64,000 nucleotides of DNA, from the NCBI GenBank assembly GCA_965637545.1, contig OZ281494.1:17360001-17424000 (forward strand). The letters run 5' to 3'. Position numbers and translations under genes: made by a program. How positions within the stretch are numbered: the first letter of the stretch is position 1; the number at the start of each line of letters is the position of its first letter. The stretch is from Phallusia mammillata. Lineage: Eukaryota. Positions 26,520 through 39,920 of this stretch are shown in pieces. A model generated the notes under the pieces. That model saw only the letters and a list, made by a program, of their open reading frames with translations. It was not told the origin of the DNA and made no database searches.

Positions 26520-29500
26520 TCATGGCCTCCTGTTAAGCTCCGCTTCCAGCTGAGTAACGCCTTCCAGCCCGGTGTTGTCTTTATTGGCGATTAACTGGTC
26601 AAAGGACGTTCTGAGTTTGTCGCTTGGTGTGGTTGGCGAAGAGTCGGTTGCCAGGATCTCAAAAACGTCGATAGGAAAATCTTCCAACAGGGGTGAGGGT
26701 ATATTGGGGCGAACTTGTCGTGTTCCCTTGGGGTTGGTCACCGACAGCATAACCTCCGATACCCCGTTGACGAATTTTAGCCTGGGGGTAAAAAATAGCT
26801 GTTTTATGAAATCATACTAAGCTTTTCGTCTGATGTCAAAAAGCAGATGTCCCATGACGCAAAACGCAGGTTTAGGTTGACAAGACCAATACATTGTAAC
26901 TATTTATTTGTTATACCAGTAGAATGTTTGCAATGTCCGAGTTTGCTTGCACTGTGTTCTGACTTTTTAATCAACAACAACATTGTCAATGACTTTCATC
27001 AGAAAACTTACCACTGCTCATTCTTTTCTGATACATCAAACCCTTGTTGCTGTTTACCACAGTACAGAAGTTTGCATATTAATGACACGCCAAACTGCAA
27101 CAAAATATTGAAAACTCTTTTGACAAAGCTTTGTGTAAATTTCACATTTCTGGTTCAGTGAACTTTATGAAGAAAACTTTGTTTACAAAATTTAAGCTTT
27201 TAACAACTTTATTTTAACTTTTTTGCTAAATTTTACTGGAAAATTAAATTTTAAAATTAAAATGTTTTAGTTGGTAGCTAAAGGGTGAACATCACATAAC
27301 AGACCTGATCCCTGACAGCTGCAGTCAAAGTAAAAGTTGAAAGCATAGAACATAGAGATACAATCTGATTAAAGTCCAATGATGACAAGATTCTGCTTAT
27401 GGGGGCATACATTTCATGTAACACCTGAAAATTAAAATATGGTTTTTGTGGGTCAATAAAGGGTTTATAGTTTACATTTTACCCCATCTCTTGAATCTCG
27501 TTTAATCAATATGGCAAGATGTGAAAAAACAGACTGTACCACGAGAATTGCATGATCCTGAAATAAATAATGTAATCTGTTGGTTTTTGATGATTTAGAA
27601 GAGCTTTACATGGAGAAACATGCATTAACAAACAAAACAAGATCCTTACTAACAGCTAACATTTTCTAACAAAATAGTACTGTTACACCTACTGAAAATG
27701 AAAAAAGTTAAGTGCCAAAAGAAGTAATAAATACAAAAGTTAGATGCCTTTCAGTTAAAAATGGTACATACTTGCTTGAGAAAATTCATAGCTCGGGTGA
27801 TAAGTTTTTTCCCTTTCCTGATTTTCACAACTTGGAAGACTGGGTCATCATGGACTCTAAAACGACTGTTTTCATTGAAACCTAAGACTTCCTCCAGTGT
27901 TTCAGTTTTGGACTTAATTTCAAGTTCCAATAATTCTCTGTAAATTGGAAAATCGATATAAAGTGTTAAACATTCTTCATGTTTTAAAAGTGGGCATTTC
28001 AACTACATATACATGTATATAAGACCACAATTTATGAACAGTGGTGTTGGTAACAGTATTTGAAACTAGTATTTTGTTTAGCATTACACCAGTTGAACGA
28101 CAAATTTGTTAAATATTAGGGATGTGCCAAAACTGCAAATGTTCTGTTTGGTCGAGCACCGAGCATCTCACTTTAATGCTCGGTGCTCGGCCGAGCACGC
28201 TCGGTGCATTGTGACGTCACAAAAAAATCCCCTTTCTACGTTTTAGCTCTACAAGGTCTCTTACGTCACCGGGGCGGTGTTTTATTAAATTGTTTTATTG
28301 TTTTCCACCATCTAGTACATTTGAAAAATCTTTCGTTTTTGTTAATAGACACCCTTTAGAACGCTAGTTACGTATGCTAGCAGGGCATAAATATGCAAAT
28401 TTAACGCTCGGGTCAGTTTGTGCAACTGCTCGGCCGAGCACCGAGCATTAAAAACAGCGATGCTCGGTACCGAGTACTCGGGTTCTGGCTCGGCTCGGCC
28501 CATCCCTATTAAATATGCTACCTGGTGGATGAAACGCTTGTTCAGTATTTACCATTTGAAGCCTCAAACATTTCATAAAATATCGCTTGTTTGTGACCAT
28601 AGCTGGTACGGTTGGGCCAAAAATGCAAATGTTTTGTTTGATCACCGAGCATCTCACGTTAATGCTCGGTGTTCAGCCGAGCACGCGTGATGCATTGTGA
28701 CGTCACAAATATTCCCAATTCAACTCTATTTTCGTAGCTTTCCAAGGCCCCATAAGTTTGCGTTTTCCACCATCTAATTTACTTGGAAACCCTTATGAAC
28801 ACTAGTTTAATATGTTAGCAAGGCATAAATATGAAAATTTAATGCTTGAGTCAGTTTGTGCAAATGCTCGGCCAGACGCTCCAGTACCGAGTTTTGGCTG
28901 GCCCTAATAGCTGGTAGACAAAGCAGAAGTTTTCATGTAACTGTTCCAAGGAAACAAGGTAAGTACAAAAGTGGATTCTGATCTACTACCAACCTTCATG
29001 ATCATACATTATGTAACGGGTATATATGCTAACTTCAAACAATGATTTGAAGCTTAAGTAAATTACATTTCAGTATACCTTTCAGCATCATCCATTTCAT
29101 TAAATGCAAGCAACTGAAAACCAATTTCCTCCAAAGATATCACCAATACATATGCCTAAAAATCATGATGTGTCAAGCAAACAATTCACGGTTTCAAAGG
29201 AAATATTTTCAAAAAATATATTATTAGCCGGTGCAGACTAACCTTTTCTATTGTTTTGTAAATTACCAAACGTTTACTTAAGGTCTGCCTGCTCTCGGGT
29301 GTTTCCTGATTCTGAAAATAAGCAAAGCATAAATATAAACATGATAATCACAACATAACAAAGAGCCATCTTACTGCAGTCTCCTCTTCCTGGCTTGGTG
29401 CAATGTCAATGATTTGTCGAGGATTGTAAACACTAGAAGCAGTCAGTTTTCCGAGTGAGTTTGTAAATTGCACTGCAAAAGTATAAAGTATGTCATTACA

Positions 29501-32500
29501 CAACTGTGTTAAATAACCATCAGACTAAAAAGCCAGACAACTGGTGTTGGTGTTTATGTCTGTATTTTTTCATATCATTGAATTGAATATATATCTTTTA
29601 AACTATTTTATGCAGAAAAACCTTGAATAAACTAAATGCTAAAGGTAAATTCTTATGCATTGGCAATTTGCCATGGTAGCAACTAGGGATGTGCCAAAAC
29701 TGCAAATGTTCTGTTTGGTCGAGCACCGAGCATCTCACTTTAATGCTCGGTGCTCGGCCGAGCACGCTCGGTGCATTGTGACGTCACAAAAAAATCCCCT
29801 TTCTACGTTTTAGCTCTACAAGGTCTCTTACGTCACCGGGGCGGTGTTTTATTAAGCTGTACATGTCCACAAAGTTCGTGTTTTCCACCATCTAGTACAT
29901 TTGAAAAATCTTTCGTTTTTGTTAATAGACACCCTTTAGAACGCTAGTTACGTATGCTTGTGCAACTGCTCGGCCGAGCACCGAGCCTTAAAAACAGCGA
30001 TGCTCGGTACCGAGTACTCGGGTTCTGGCTCGGCTCGGCCCATCCCTAGTAGCAACAGCAAATACCGAACCTGGTACATATTTTCTGTTGTCAAGATTAG
30101 GTTTTGTAGGAGTTATAAGTCGCTTGGTGACTTTGCCTGAATCATCCAAGTTCAGCTTTCCATCTTGTAGGCGATGCTCGATATAGTTCTAAAATTACAA
30201 GAATAATTATAATTTGCAGTAATAATGTAAGTGAATTGTGAGGCATATATACTATACCTGGTAATAGTAGTCATCAATTTCTGGTCGATCGCTCTGTAGC
30301 GCCATCATCTGTATCTTTATCACCCAATCTTTTTCTTTCTGTGACATGATGTTAGCATAGGGATCACCCGGCACACCAATCATGCCTTCTCTAGGACGCA
30401 TTCTATGAAACAAACAAAACAACTAGAAAACATGTTTTTAAAGGTTGTCTTCCTGAACAATATTTTATGGTCTGCACTTTGGTGCATTATCCACGAAGAA
30501 AATCAATGATGAAAAAATAGCACAAAATGCATACAAATGCTGCAGCCTATACCTACCTCTGTTGATTGTTGTAACCTCTTCTGTCCATTCTACCTCGCCT
30601 CTGTTCCCTTAATCTTACATATTTGCTGTGCTCAGGATGCAAGTGACCTGGACCGAGTCGCATAGGATGATCCATTCCTGGCATCCTGTTGCAACAAACA
30701 TATTACATACACATCTACTCTTTAAATATGAACTTGGCCATCATTCAATAAAAAGCAGAAAATGACGAACAAATAGCAGAACAATTTCTTGCACCTGGGT
30801 CTGTTGTGGCCAAATCCAACAATTGGTCGATGCATTCCAGGGCGAATTAGCCCTGCTGGTGGCATCCTTACAGGTGGACCTGTAGGTCCGTGTCCTAATA
30901 TGTGGGCTGGTGGTGATGGAAAGTGTCTTGGCGAGCCAATAGGACTATGTACTGCAGGGTGTTGAGGTCTTAGCCCCAAGCGATGCATAATGTCCTTGAA
31001 GAAAAAAAGGAAAATACATCAGATGCTTCATCAAAACAAAGTTCAAAAGTCAACTTACCGGTGACAGAAAAGGCATTCCAGCTCTTGGGGGCATCATGCG
31101 AATAGCACCGGGAGGCACACCAAGTGGCATGTGCCCAGGAAGTCGTGCACCTGTGGGAGGCGGAGCTTGCAAAAAGAAGGGTAATTGATGCGGAGGAATG
31201 CCTGGAGGAGGTGGAGGCCGCTGAAGTTGCCCGGAGCCTCCAAAAAGATGAGGACTTGAACCTGGTGATGTTGGGTCTTTGGATTTCTAAAAGATTGTCG
31301 CAGTTGCGTTTGAAAGTTTTATTTATGTTTCATTAATCATGTATTGATGTTTGTAGCATATTTAAACAAGCAAAGCTTCGTACCTAAAATAGGAATACAA
31401 TGACGAAAATATGAAATTACACAAAATATCTTGAAAATACTGTATATGCTACTGTAAATGTTCCTAACTATCGCATTAAAATGTTATCTGTTACAAACAC
31501 ATGTAATAAACAATTTTTTTGAACAAATTTATTGACTGACACACTAAAATTATTTGTTGTGAGTGGGGCCAAAACAATTAAAAGTAACAAAACAACAAAG
31601 ATTTGACAACCATACAATAAATCACAAGTGAGGAAACAGTTATTTCCAGGCTAAAAACAGATTTTCAAAATCAATTTACTAGGATTTATGACCATACAAT
31701 TAAAAGTCATTATGTTAAAAATCAAGTTGTAGAGTAAGTTTGGACGATTTATAAAAATCTCACCTGTTCAAGTTGGTGCATCATATCCATAATCATATGT
31801 TTGGGAGGAGTTCCAATTGGCATGTAGTTTGGCTTGGGGCTTCCAAATACTGGTGATATTGATCTGGCTGGCAAAGAACGATCTTGCATATCCTCAAAAT
31901 CCCCATTCTCCCTTTTTGGTATACTTACACCAAAAAGTGGTGATGGAACTCTGTGAAAAAATAAAAAATCATTTGTAAGGAGACATTTCTTGACCAATTT
32001 TTTAACTGCCCTCCGTCTGTTACAAAATTGACTTTTGTGTAAAGCTTAGTCTAGTACAGTGGTTCCCAACCTTTTTTGTTACATTCCTCCCTTTGCCCAT
32101 TTTCAAACTATTCATTCCTCCCCATAAGATGAAAAACAAATATAACATGAAAAATTATAGCAATTTGAAATAGACCTCATAATTAGGGATGTCCATTTCA
32201 GAATCCTTTACAACCGGTTCCAAATGTGAACCGGATCCAAATCAGAATGGGCATAATAATGTAAAAACAAAAATATTCTGTAACATTTTCAATGTAAAAT
32301 TAATTTTACTGTGTTTATTAAATTCCTACCCTGAACTCTCCTCCCCGGTTGGGAACCACTGGTCTAGTACTTTTATGTTTGGTTCTTAATAAACAAATTC
32401 CGTTTAAGCAAGAATTAAAACAAGTCTGATTACATCCAACAATAGTTTGTTTCTTTAAAAGCTGTTATATATTATGTGAGTTAACAAACTATGCACAGTG

Positions 32501-34061
32501 CTACAAAAACTCCGTTTTTCCTTATTTTAAGCATTTAGCACAGCTGTAAAAAGCAAACTGTAAAATTCACACCTTGGTGGTGATGCTTGCATTTCTCTTT
32601 CCAAATCTTCTGCTTTCAAAATTATTGGTGTTGACACATTAGCTCGAGAATGATCAGGTGAATTGACCTGCAAATTGAATTTAAATTAGATTTACTTGAC
32701 AAAACAAACCAGATTTTAGAAAATGTGATTAAAATGCACCTGTGAAAATTTCATTTGATCATTAGAATTGTGTGCTTGTGGAAACAACTTTTGAAGGTGT
32801 TGCTGTTGCTGGAAAGCCTGTTGTGAATTTTGCTGAAAAGTTTCATTCCAAATGTGGTGCTACAAGAAAAATAAAATAAGGCCAAAAAAAACTGCACATA
32901 AAGTAGACCAGCATTTTAATAACAAAAACACGTTTAACAGAAGTGAATTGAACATGGGAATTTACAAAATTATCCAAGTACAAAAAAGTCCATCAACCTA
33001 CGATTACCAAAACAGATCACAACCTTTTTGTCTAAACACATATACTCACCATTTTGTCCGAATCAAACAGAGTTGGAGGATTTCCAAACAATGCTGTTAC
33101 ATTGGGGTTAGAAAATCTTTGAGGTAAACCCGGAAAAGCCATATGCCTGCAACATAATTTAATGTTTTAGTAAAATTGCAAAAAGTGATTAACTTTTGCA
33201 GATAAAATGAATTTACTGTGAAGTTCCTGGGATAGCACTAGGGGAAGGCAGAGACTGTTTTCTTAAACTGACAATAGCTGGATCAATTGAATCCTGGTCC
33301 AGATCACTGTTGAGGACAAGTTCTTCAACTGCTGCAGCAAGTTGTTGATTTGATAATTCAATATCCTCATCATTAAGCTGGGATGGTGAAAGCAAGGGAC
33401 CAAATGTGAAGGCATCCATATCCTTTCCATGACCATTGGGAACAGGTTTCTCTACAAATATGAAATTCATTGCAGGTTCAAGTATTTGTAATTGAAGGCT
33501 TGGAATAGCAGAATCTAAGAATGTTGCCTGCACTTTGTGCTTTAATGTCCAGTTTTGGAAAATCCAACTGAACTAGTTGATTGTGATCACATTCCCAATC
33601 TTCCTCTGCAAGAAAAGCATGGCAAAATAAGACCCATGTTCAGGAATCAACAAAAATCATTCTGTATCATACCTACTGCTCCTGATCCAAACGTATCCTC
33701 ATTATGAATGTCAATGTCTAGCTTACCATCTTCCTCACTCGGTGCTAGGATTTTCTGTTCCTAAAACATAAGAGATTCAAAATCAATCAATTGTTCAGGC
33801 CAATACTGTGTTATAATGATTTAACCAACAAGATTCTATTGGAAAAAAACAATTTGCTACCAGAAACCTGCTTGTAACAAATTATTAATTTCTATTTGTG
33901 GAAAATACAGGAAACTATTCATTAACATCAGAAAAAAATACGAACCCGCAATGATGGGTCCAAATGTAGATAAACATTGCTCATTTCTATGGAGTACTTT
34001 GAGGTGTAGTTTCATTTCTCAAAAAGTGTAAATTTAATAGTAAAATTACCTTTCTGCACAT
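26520..34061 (-). CDS. PATL1: Protein PAT1 homolog (decapping activator), multi-exon; start codon uncertain
   Basis: N-terminal [12 protein letters not shown]...EDWE motif (~33720-33590), a Pro-rich middle, and [34 protein letters not shown] (~30360-30258) match PATL1. Last exon ends ...ELNRRP* at 26520. Confidence 0.85.
28117..28508. mobile_element. hAT (Ac-type) MITE, TAGGGATG family, in a PATL1 intron
   Basis: TIR TAGGGATG / CATCCCTA, TSD TTAAATAT, GCTCGG/CCGAGC subterminal repeats. Confidence 0.92.
28607..28906. mobile_element. Older, diverged relative of the TAGGGATG MITE family
   Basis: Internal sequence resembles 28117-28508, the ends are degenerate, and the TSD ATAGCTGG is present on both sides. 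Confidence 0.75.
29684..30048. mobile_element. hAT (Ac-type) MITE, TAGGGATG family, in a PATL1 intron
   Basis: Near-identical to 28117-28508, with TSD GTAGCAAC. Confidence 0.92.
32057..32361. mobile_element. hAT (Buster-type) MITE in a PATL1 intron
   Basis: TIR CAGTGGTTCCCAACC / GGTTGGGAACCACTG, TSD GTCTAGTA; same family as 58348-58675. Confidence 0.92.
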
Positions 34062-35209
34062 AGGCCTGTTTAAATTGAGAATAATTTACCACCTATCCTA
34101 AAAATCTGGAAGAGAAGAGTGCGGTATATAGTAATAGAAAGATTAAGATACGGATCAGTGGATCACGATAAAATATGACACAATATTTTGTGTTCATCTC
34201 TTAAACTATTCAATACATTAAAAGTTCAAAGGTTCATATTCTTCACTATCGTCCTTCCACTGATCTACATTCCACAGTCTACTCTAACTCTACACTCAAC
34301 TCAGAACTTAGTCATATATGGTCTTGGTCTACCAGTTGACTAGCGAAATTTATCACCAGCCAACCAGTGTTCCCTTTTCGCTCTGCACTTGCTCTCCTCC
34401 ATTTTTACTGATTAAAATTCAAAAGAAAGTGAAAAGGATTGTGTTATTTTAATATTCTACAACAAACAAATTTGTTTCTTTAGATCTTTAAATATTGGTG
34501 TAAATTTTCAATATTTGTTCAACCCAACTAAAAACAAAAAAATAAATGTTCATTTTTTTCTGACCTCTGGTACCGCCAACAGTCATTGAACCGTGCAAAA
34601 ACATCAAGGATTTCAGTTTGAGTTAACCTTGCAAGTTGTCCAAGGGAGTGGATGTTACGGAAAGTAAATGACAAAATATTAAAAATTATATACACAAAAT
34701 CAATAACGTAAGATAAGCACATTTTGATGGACTCACCATTGATTTAATTGTTTGTGTAATGTGTAGCAAAATTATTGTTTTAGCTGCTGTAGTGTATAAT
34801 TTTAAGGAAAATCGTATACAACACATTTACTAAAGAGTAAAGGCACAAAACTGATATTTTAAAATTCCTGAGATTTAGTAGTTATCAGACATGTTTATGT
34901 GATTGTGCTTTGCGTGTAGCTGTAGCATATTTGTTTGCAATTGACACATAATATACCACAAAGAATAGAATTGTGAATGCTGATTGGTCGTGTTTATTTC
35001 TCGGGAGTTTGTAATTAACGACTTCTAAAAGTCTATGATTCAAAATATTGCTCAAATAAATCCCTGCATGATTTACTGGATTTTGTTAATTGTAACAACC
35101 AATGTTAAAAAAAGATTGGTGTGGATACTGAACGTTTAGCATATGACTAAAGATTAATTACAATCTTGCAGGTATGTGTCCATAAGCTTGTTTATGAACG
35201 TAGGACAAC

Positions 35210-36127
35210 ATGGTTCCATTTGACCTTGATAAAATGATTGAGATTGCAAAAGAATGCAAATACCTACCAGAATATGATTTAAAGAGACTATGTGATTACG
35301 TTTGTGATCTGTTACTTGAGGAGTCAAATGTTCAACCAGTTAGCACACCTGTGACTGTGTGTGGTGACATTCATGGACAATTTTATGATTTGTTGGAACT
35401 TTTCAAAAATGGTGGTGAAATACCTGAGACAAATTATGTGTTTATGGGAGATTTTGTTGATCGTGGGTACTACAGTTTGGAAACCTTCACTTACTTACTT
35501 ACACTGAAGGCAAAGTGGTCAAACAAAATTACGCTTTTGAGAGGAAATCATGAAAGTCGACAGATCACCCAAGTATATGGATTTTATGATGAATGCCAAA
35601 CCAAATATGGAAATGCAAATGCCTGGCGCTATTGTACAAAGGTTTTTGATCTGCTAACCATTGCAGCAATAATAGATTCAACCATACTTTGCGTTCATGG
35701 TGGACTCTCCCCAGATATCAAAACTCTCGATCAAATTCGCACCATTGACCGCCAACAGGAAATTCCTCACAAGGGTGCCTTTTGTGATTTAGTGTGGTCT
35801 GATCCTGAAGATGTTGAAACGTGGGCAGTTTCACCTCGTGGTGCTGGATGGTTGTTTGGAGCCAAGGTTACAAATGAGTTCGTACATTTGAATGGTCTGT
35901 CGTTGATATGCAGGGCACATCAGCTGGTCCATGAAGGATTTAAGTACATGTTTGATGAGAAACTTGTTACTGTGTGGTCTGCACCAAATTACTGTTACCG
36001 GTGTGGAAACATTGCTGCTATTCTTGTCATCAAGGAAAAAGATGAAAAAGAGGCCAAGTTGTTTCATGCTGTTCCTGACAACATGAGAGTTATTCCAGAG
36101 AGAAACACAACTCCCTATTTTCTGTGA
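35210..36127 (+). CDS. PPP6C: Serine/threonine-protein phosphatase 6 catalytic subunit, intronless CDS
   Basis: 305 aa. The N-terminus [42 protein letters not shown] is PP6-specific. GDFVDRG and RGNHE motifs and C-terminal TPYFL are present. Confidence 0.96.
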   Translation: MVPFDLDKMIEIAKECKYLPEYDLKRLCDYVCDLLLEESNVQPVSTPVTVCGDIHGQFYDLLELFKNGGEIPETNYVFMGDFVDRGYYSLETFTYLLTLKAKWSNKITLLRGNHESRQITQVYGFYDECQTKYGNANAWRYCTKVFDLLTIAAIIDSTILCVHGGLSPDIKTLDQIRTIDRQQEIPHKGAFCDLVWSDPEDVETWAVSPRGAGWLFGAKVTNEFVHLNGLSLICRAHQLVHEGFKYMFDEKLVTVWSAPNYCYRCGNIAAILVIKEKDEKEAKLFHAVPDNMRVIPERNTTPYFL

Positions 36128-37214
36128 TTTATTTGAAATGAGTTTGAACAAATATGTTCCACTGTGTATTTCAAACCATGTTCTGATTCTTCGTTCAGAG
36201 ACATTTTATTTTGCATTTTTACCTGTTGTCAACTTGTCACCTGTGTTTATTATGCTAGTTTTTTGTGGTTACCCCAGTTCCTGTTCCATTGATAAATTGT
36301 GTTTGAAGTTTTAAAAATGTCAACTGTTTTTCCTCATATTACTGTTGGGTTACGTAGGCTTTGTTAATTCTGGACAGAATGATGCAAAAATTCATGTATG
36401 TGGTCTTGCATCTTATTTGCATGTGTTTCCTAAATATTTTAATCTGGAATGACGATTATGTATGGACTGAGTATATATCAATGATAAAACCGGTCAATTT
36501 TAAATTTTGACTTAAGTAAGATCATTATTTATTAACTTTGTAAACTTCTAGCTCTTTAGGCAAATGTAATCTTTGCACTATTATTTTAATATCCCATTCA
36601 GAATACCTTCTCTCAGAAAATTGCACTGAAAAACGGTTGAAAAACTGATTGTATGTTCAAAGTTATGAACATGATCTGAAAATATTTAGAGTTCTATGCT
36701 AAACACTATGGTTCACATTCCTATTTGTCCCCAAAATGCCTTTTCCTGTTGTCCAGATACCATTTTTTGTAGCAGGGACCTGCAATTCAAGATTCATGGT
36801 CCCTACTCTGCCATTAGTTTAAACGCCTAATAAACATAAAGAGGTTTTTGTTGATTTTTTTTACAGAGCTCCGCATTACCGAACAAAAGCTTCCAGGACA
36901 GGGTGGCCAAACTGCGGCTTGTATCGGACTTTGAACTTGAGATTCAAACATTTTATTCAATGCCTTTTTTGTACACAAAAGCTTGACTGGCTATTAAACC
37001 TGTTTAAAACTGTTTTCTAATCACCGCACTGGTCATACACCGGCTTAAGGCTATTGCTGTATCGCTAATTTACGTGTTAGCGAGAACCACGTCTTAAACG
37101 GCTTCCAGCCATGTTAGATTGGACGTTTCTGTATACAGAAACGAAAATTATAATCAATTTAATGAATAATTACGGTTTAGAACTTAGTTATTCTTCTCGG
37201 GCGTACGTTTTTAC

Positions 37215-39920
37215 CAGTGTTTCATACCGGAACGGAACGAAACATAATAACGTTATTCGTTCTGAGGAATTTATTTATTTCGTTATTTCGTTCTGGACCG
37301 ATATTTTCATTTCGTTCCGGTCTGACCGAAATAAAATTATAACGGTATTTTTCGGTATTTCGGTCCTTGTGCTTTTTCTACCAAAAACAAACCGCACAAA
37401 CACGGAGTGAAGGAGAGTGAAGTTGAATTTATTATTGCCACTAATATCACACATTATTTCGCAACAACATAATTGCTTCAGTGATGTCCCCTTTCATGCG
37501 GTTGCGTTTGGCTTCCAGAATCAGTTTAAGCCCAGAAAATGATCTCTCTACCGAAACCTGTGTAACTGGTAGCCCCGCTGCCACTTGTGCTACTGCTTTC
37601 ATTATAGAAGAGCTGTTGTTCCAATACTGAAAAAGATCTTCCTTTTTGTCAACCCGCTTGGACTGTTCGTACACGTCGAGGGCGTCATTGAACTCGGTCG
37701 CCTTGGGAAGGTTTCCGTAAGTATTTTGCTCCAAATCTTTTGCTTTCAACAACTTTTCAATTAGGTCATCTTCTGAATCAAATCCTCTATTCCCAGCTCT
37801 TTGGTATCCTTCCGGACTGTTTTGCTCACTGGAAGTGCTGGCGACTGGACTCGTTTCAAGTTGACTGTCGTCTGTAACTTTTTTTAGTTTTAACCACATC
37901 TCGTGCAGCTGTGCTCTTGCGACGCCCTTTTCGGAAGCTGAGAGAAGACAACGGTACCTCGGATCAACATATACTGAAGCAAGTAGAGCTGCGTTGCCAA
38001 GCAAACACTTTTCCCTGCTTCTCAGATTGTTGGCAATACTTCTTGCAAGAGGATTATCATAATCAGATAATTGTGTCTTTAGTTTAATCCAGTGGGCATA
38101 GAACTCCCCTCCAGCAATATTTCGGGTTTGTAAAATCTTGGTTACGTCGAACACCGGTTTCAATGCATCAACAATGCGACGTACATTGTTCCATTCCGAT
38201 TCTGACAAGCAAAGTCCTGCAACAGGAACACCTTGCGTGTTTATTTCGTCAATTGTGTCTCGCAAGTCTAGGACACCACGAAACATCATGTATGTCGAGC
38301 CCCACCGTGTTTCAACATCAAGAACAGCCATTTTTTGCTTTCTGTGTCTGAGAGCCAAACGAACATTTGGTTTTCGGAGAATTTTAGCCACAGCCCTTAC
38401 CTTAACAATCGTGTTGTTTGCAACAGAATCTTTCAAGGCGTCTAAAATAGCTAACTGTAGCGTATGCACAGCACATCTCACCGAAATTGGCCCACCTCTA
38501 GACGTATCTGTTTGTAACAAACACATTTCTATTTCTTGAAGCAATTGTCTGTCGGTTCCGGGACTTTGCCAATCACTGTCATCATTTTCTTCGTCACTGC
38601 TGTTCTGTTCATCTTCTTCAAGATCACGTAGCAAACAACCGCTTTTTATCATATTGCTGCCATTATCAGTGGTTAGTGTATAAACTTGCGACATGTGGAC
38701 ACCAAACAACGACAAAGTTTGAATTATAACCGGAACTAAATCAACTGCTCTGGCACGAGTTGTCATCTCTTGAACGGATAATGTTGCTAAAACAAGTTCA
38801 CTCCCGTTGACAAACTGAACATTAATCCCCATAAAATGGCGTTCCATGCGCGTAGCCAAATCAATTTTCAAAGAAACCAGTTTACCTTTCATTTGCTCGG
38901 TTAAGTTTTCTCGTTTGTGTTGAGCTGCCTCGATCGTCAAATCTCTCATCTTGTTGCGGCCAAGTGTGAGATCTGCTGACTTTAGAAGAGGGTTTAACAT
39001 TTTTTTGACACCAGACGCTTCAAACACTGAAAGAGGGAGACCATTTTTGGTGACCGCTTCTATAGCATATTGCTTAATGTCTTCTGGACATGCTTGAAAT
39101 TGGACATTTACAGATATTTTGTCGGCCTGCTGGCTGTTGTTTGGTTTAAAAAAGTTTTTTTGTTTGGCAAGTTTCTCAGCTTTCTTATTTGCGATGGCAC
39201 TTTTTTTTCTTTGAAAGTCAATCCATTCATCAGCATGGACATTTTTTATGTGTTTTAACATGTTTCCGCCATGAGCCATCCCTTCAAAAACAAATTCGCA
39301 ATGCCTGCATTTTATTTCAACTTTCTGCTTCTTCTTTACTTCAGTAAAAAAATTCCACGCTTGGTTTGTTCTTTTTCGACCCATCCCTTAATCTAAAATA
39401 TCCTGGCAATAATATAAAAACGAAAATCGTAACATGTATCACTGTTATGTTACCAATCATAACCCGCACTTATTCCACTACTTAAACCTACAAAAGTCTT
39501 CTAAAGACAGTTCCACACACAGGCTAAAATATCTAATGACGTTAAATATCAATGCTCATTGCTTACCAACACTAAAATAAGTCAACCAAACGGAGTATAA
39601 GCTAGTTGCAACAAACAAAGATGGTTGTCTGGTGGTTATTACGTCACATAACATGTATGACAAAAGAGATGTCATAGTGATTTGACTGTGATTGTATTAA
39701 AACAAATAAAAACGATGATTTTTAATTGATGAACGAAGCATTTGAAGCAACTATCCTGGATTTTTTTAGAACGAAATACCGAAATAAAAAATAACGGTAT
39801 TTCGTTCCGTTCCGGTATTTTGAATATTTTTTATTTCGGTATTTCGTTCCGGTATTTGGACCAAAAATTATTTATTTCGTTCCGGTATAACGTTCCGTTC
39901 CGTTCCGGTATGAAACACTG
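37215..39920 (-). mobile_element. Apparently intact autonomous hAT (Ac-type) transposon, 2706 bp
   Basis: 25-bp perfect TIR CAGTGTTTCATACCGGAACGGAACG, perfect 8-bp TSD GTTTTTAC, subterminal ATTTCGTTCCG repeats at both ends. Confidence 0.95.
37447..39384 (-). CDS. hAT transposase with BED finger, 645 aa, uninterrupted
   Basis: BED finger (WNFF...CRHC...KHIKNVH), KIDLATR (D), TTDNGSNM (D), CAVH (CxxH), TRWGST, VSVERSFS (E), and a C-terminal dimerisation domain. Confidence 0.93.
   Translation of the reverse strand: MGRKRTNQAWNFFTEVKKKQKVEIKCRHCEFVFEGMAHGGNMLKHIKNVHADEWIDFQRKKSAIANKKAEKLAKQKNFFKPNNSQQADKISVNVQFQACPEDIKQYAIEAVTKNGLPLSVFEASGVKKMLNPLLKSADLTLGRNKMRDLTIEAAQHKRENLTEQMKGKLVSLKIDLATRMERHFMGINVQFVNGSELVLATLSVQEMTTRARAVDLVPVIIQTLSLFGVHMSQVYTLTTDNGSNMIKSGCLLRDLEEDEQNSSDEENDDSDWQSPGTDRQLLQEIEMCLLQTDTSRGGPISVRCAVHTLQLAILDALKDSVANNTIVKVRAVAKILRKPNVRLALRHRKQKMAVLDVETRWGSTYMMFRGVLDLRDTIDEINTQGVPVAGLCLSESEWNNVRRIVDALKPVFDVTKILQTRNIAGGEFYAHWIKLKTQLSDYDNPLARSIANNLRSREKCLLGNAALLASVYVDPRYRCLLSASEKGVARAQLHEMWLKLKKVTDDSQLETSPVASTSSEQNSPEGYQRAGNRGFDSEDDLIEKLLKAKDLEQNTYGNLPKATEFNDALDVYEQSKRVDKKEDLFQYWNNSSSIMKAVAQVAAGLPVTQVSVERSFSGLKLILEAKRNRMKGDITEAIMLLRNNV

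Noticed and set aside
23116-30140. Repeated short ORFs ([10 protein letters not shown]..., [15 protein letters not shown])
   Set aside because: They are chance translations of the same non-coding MITE.
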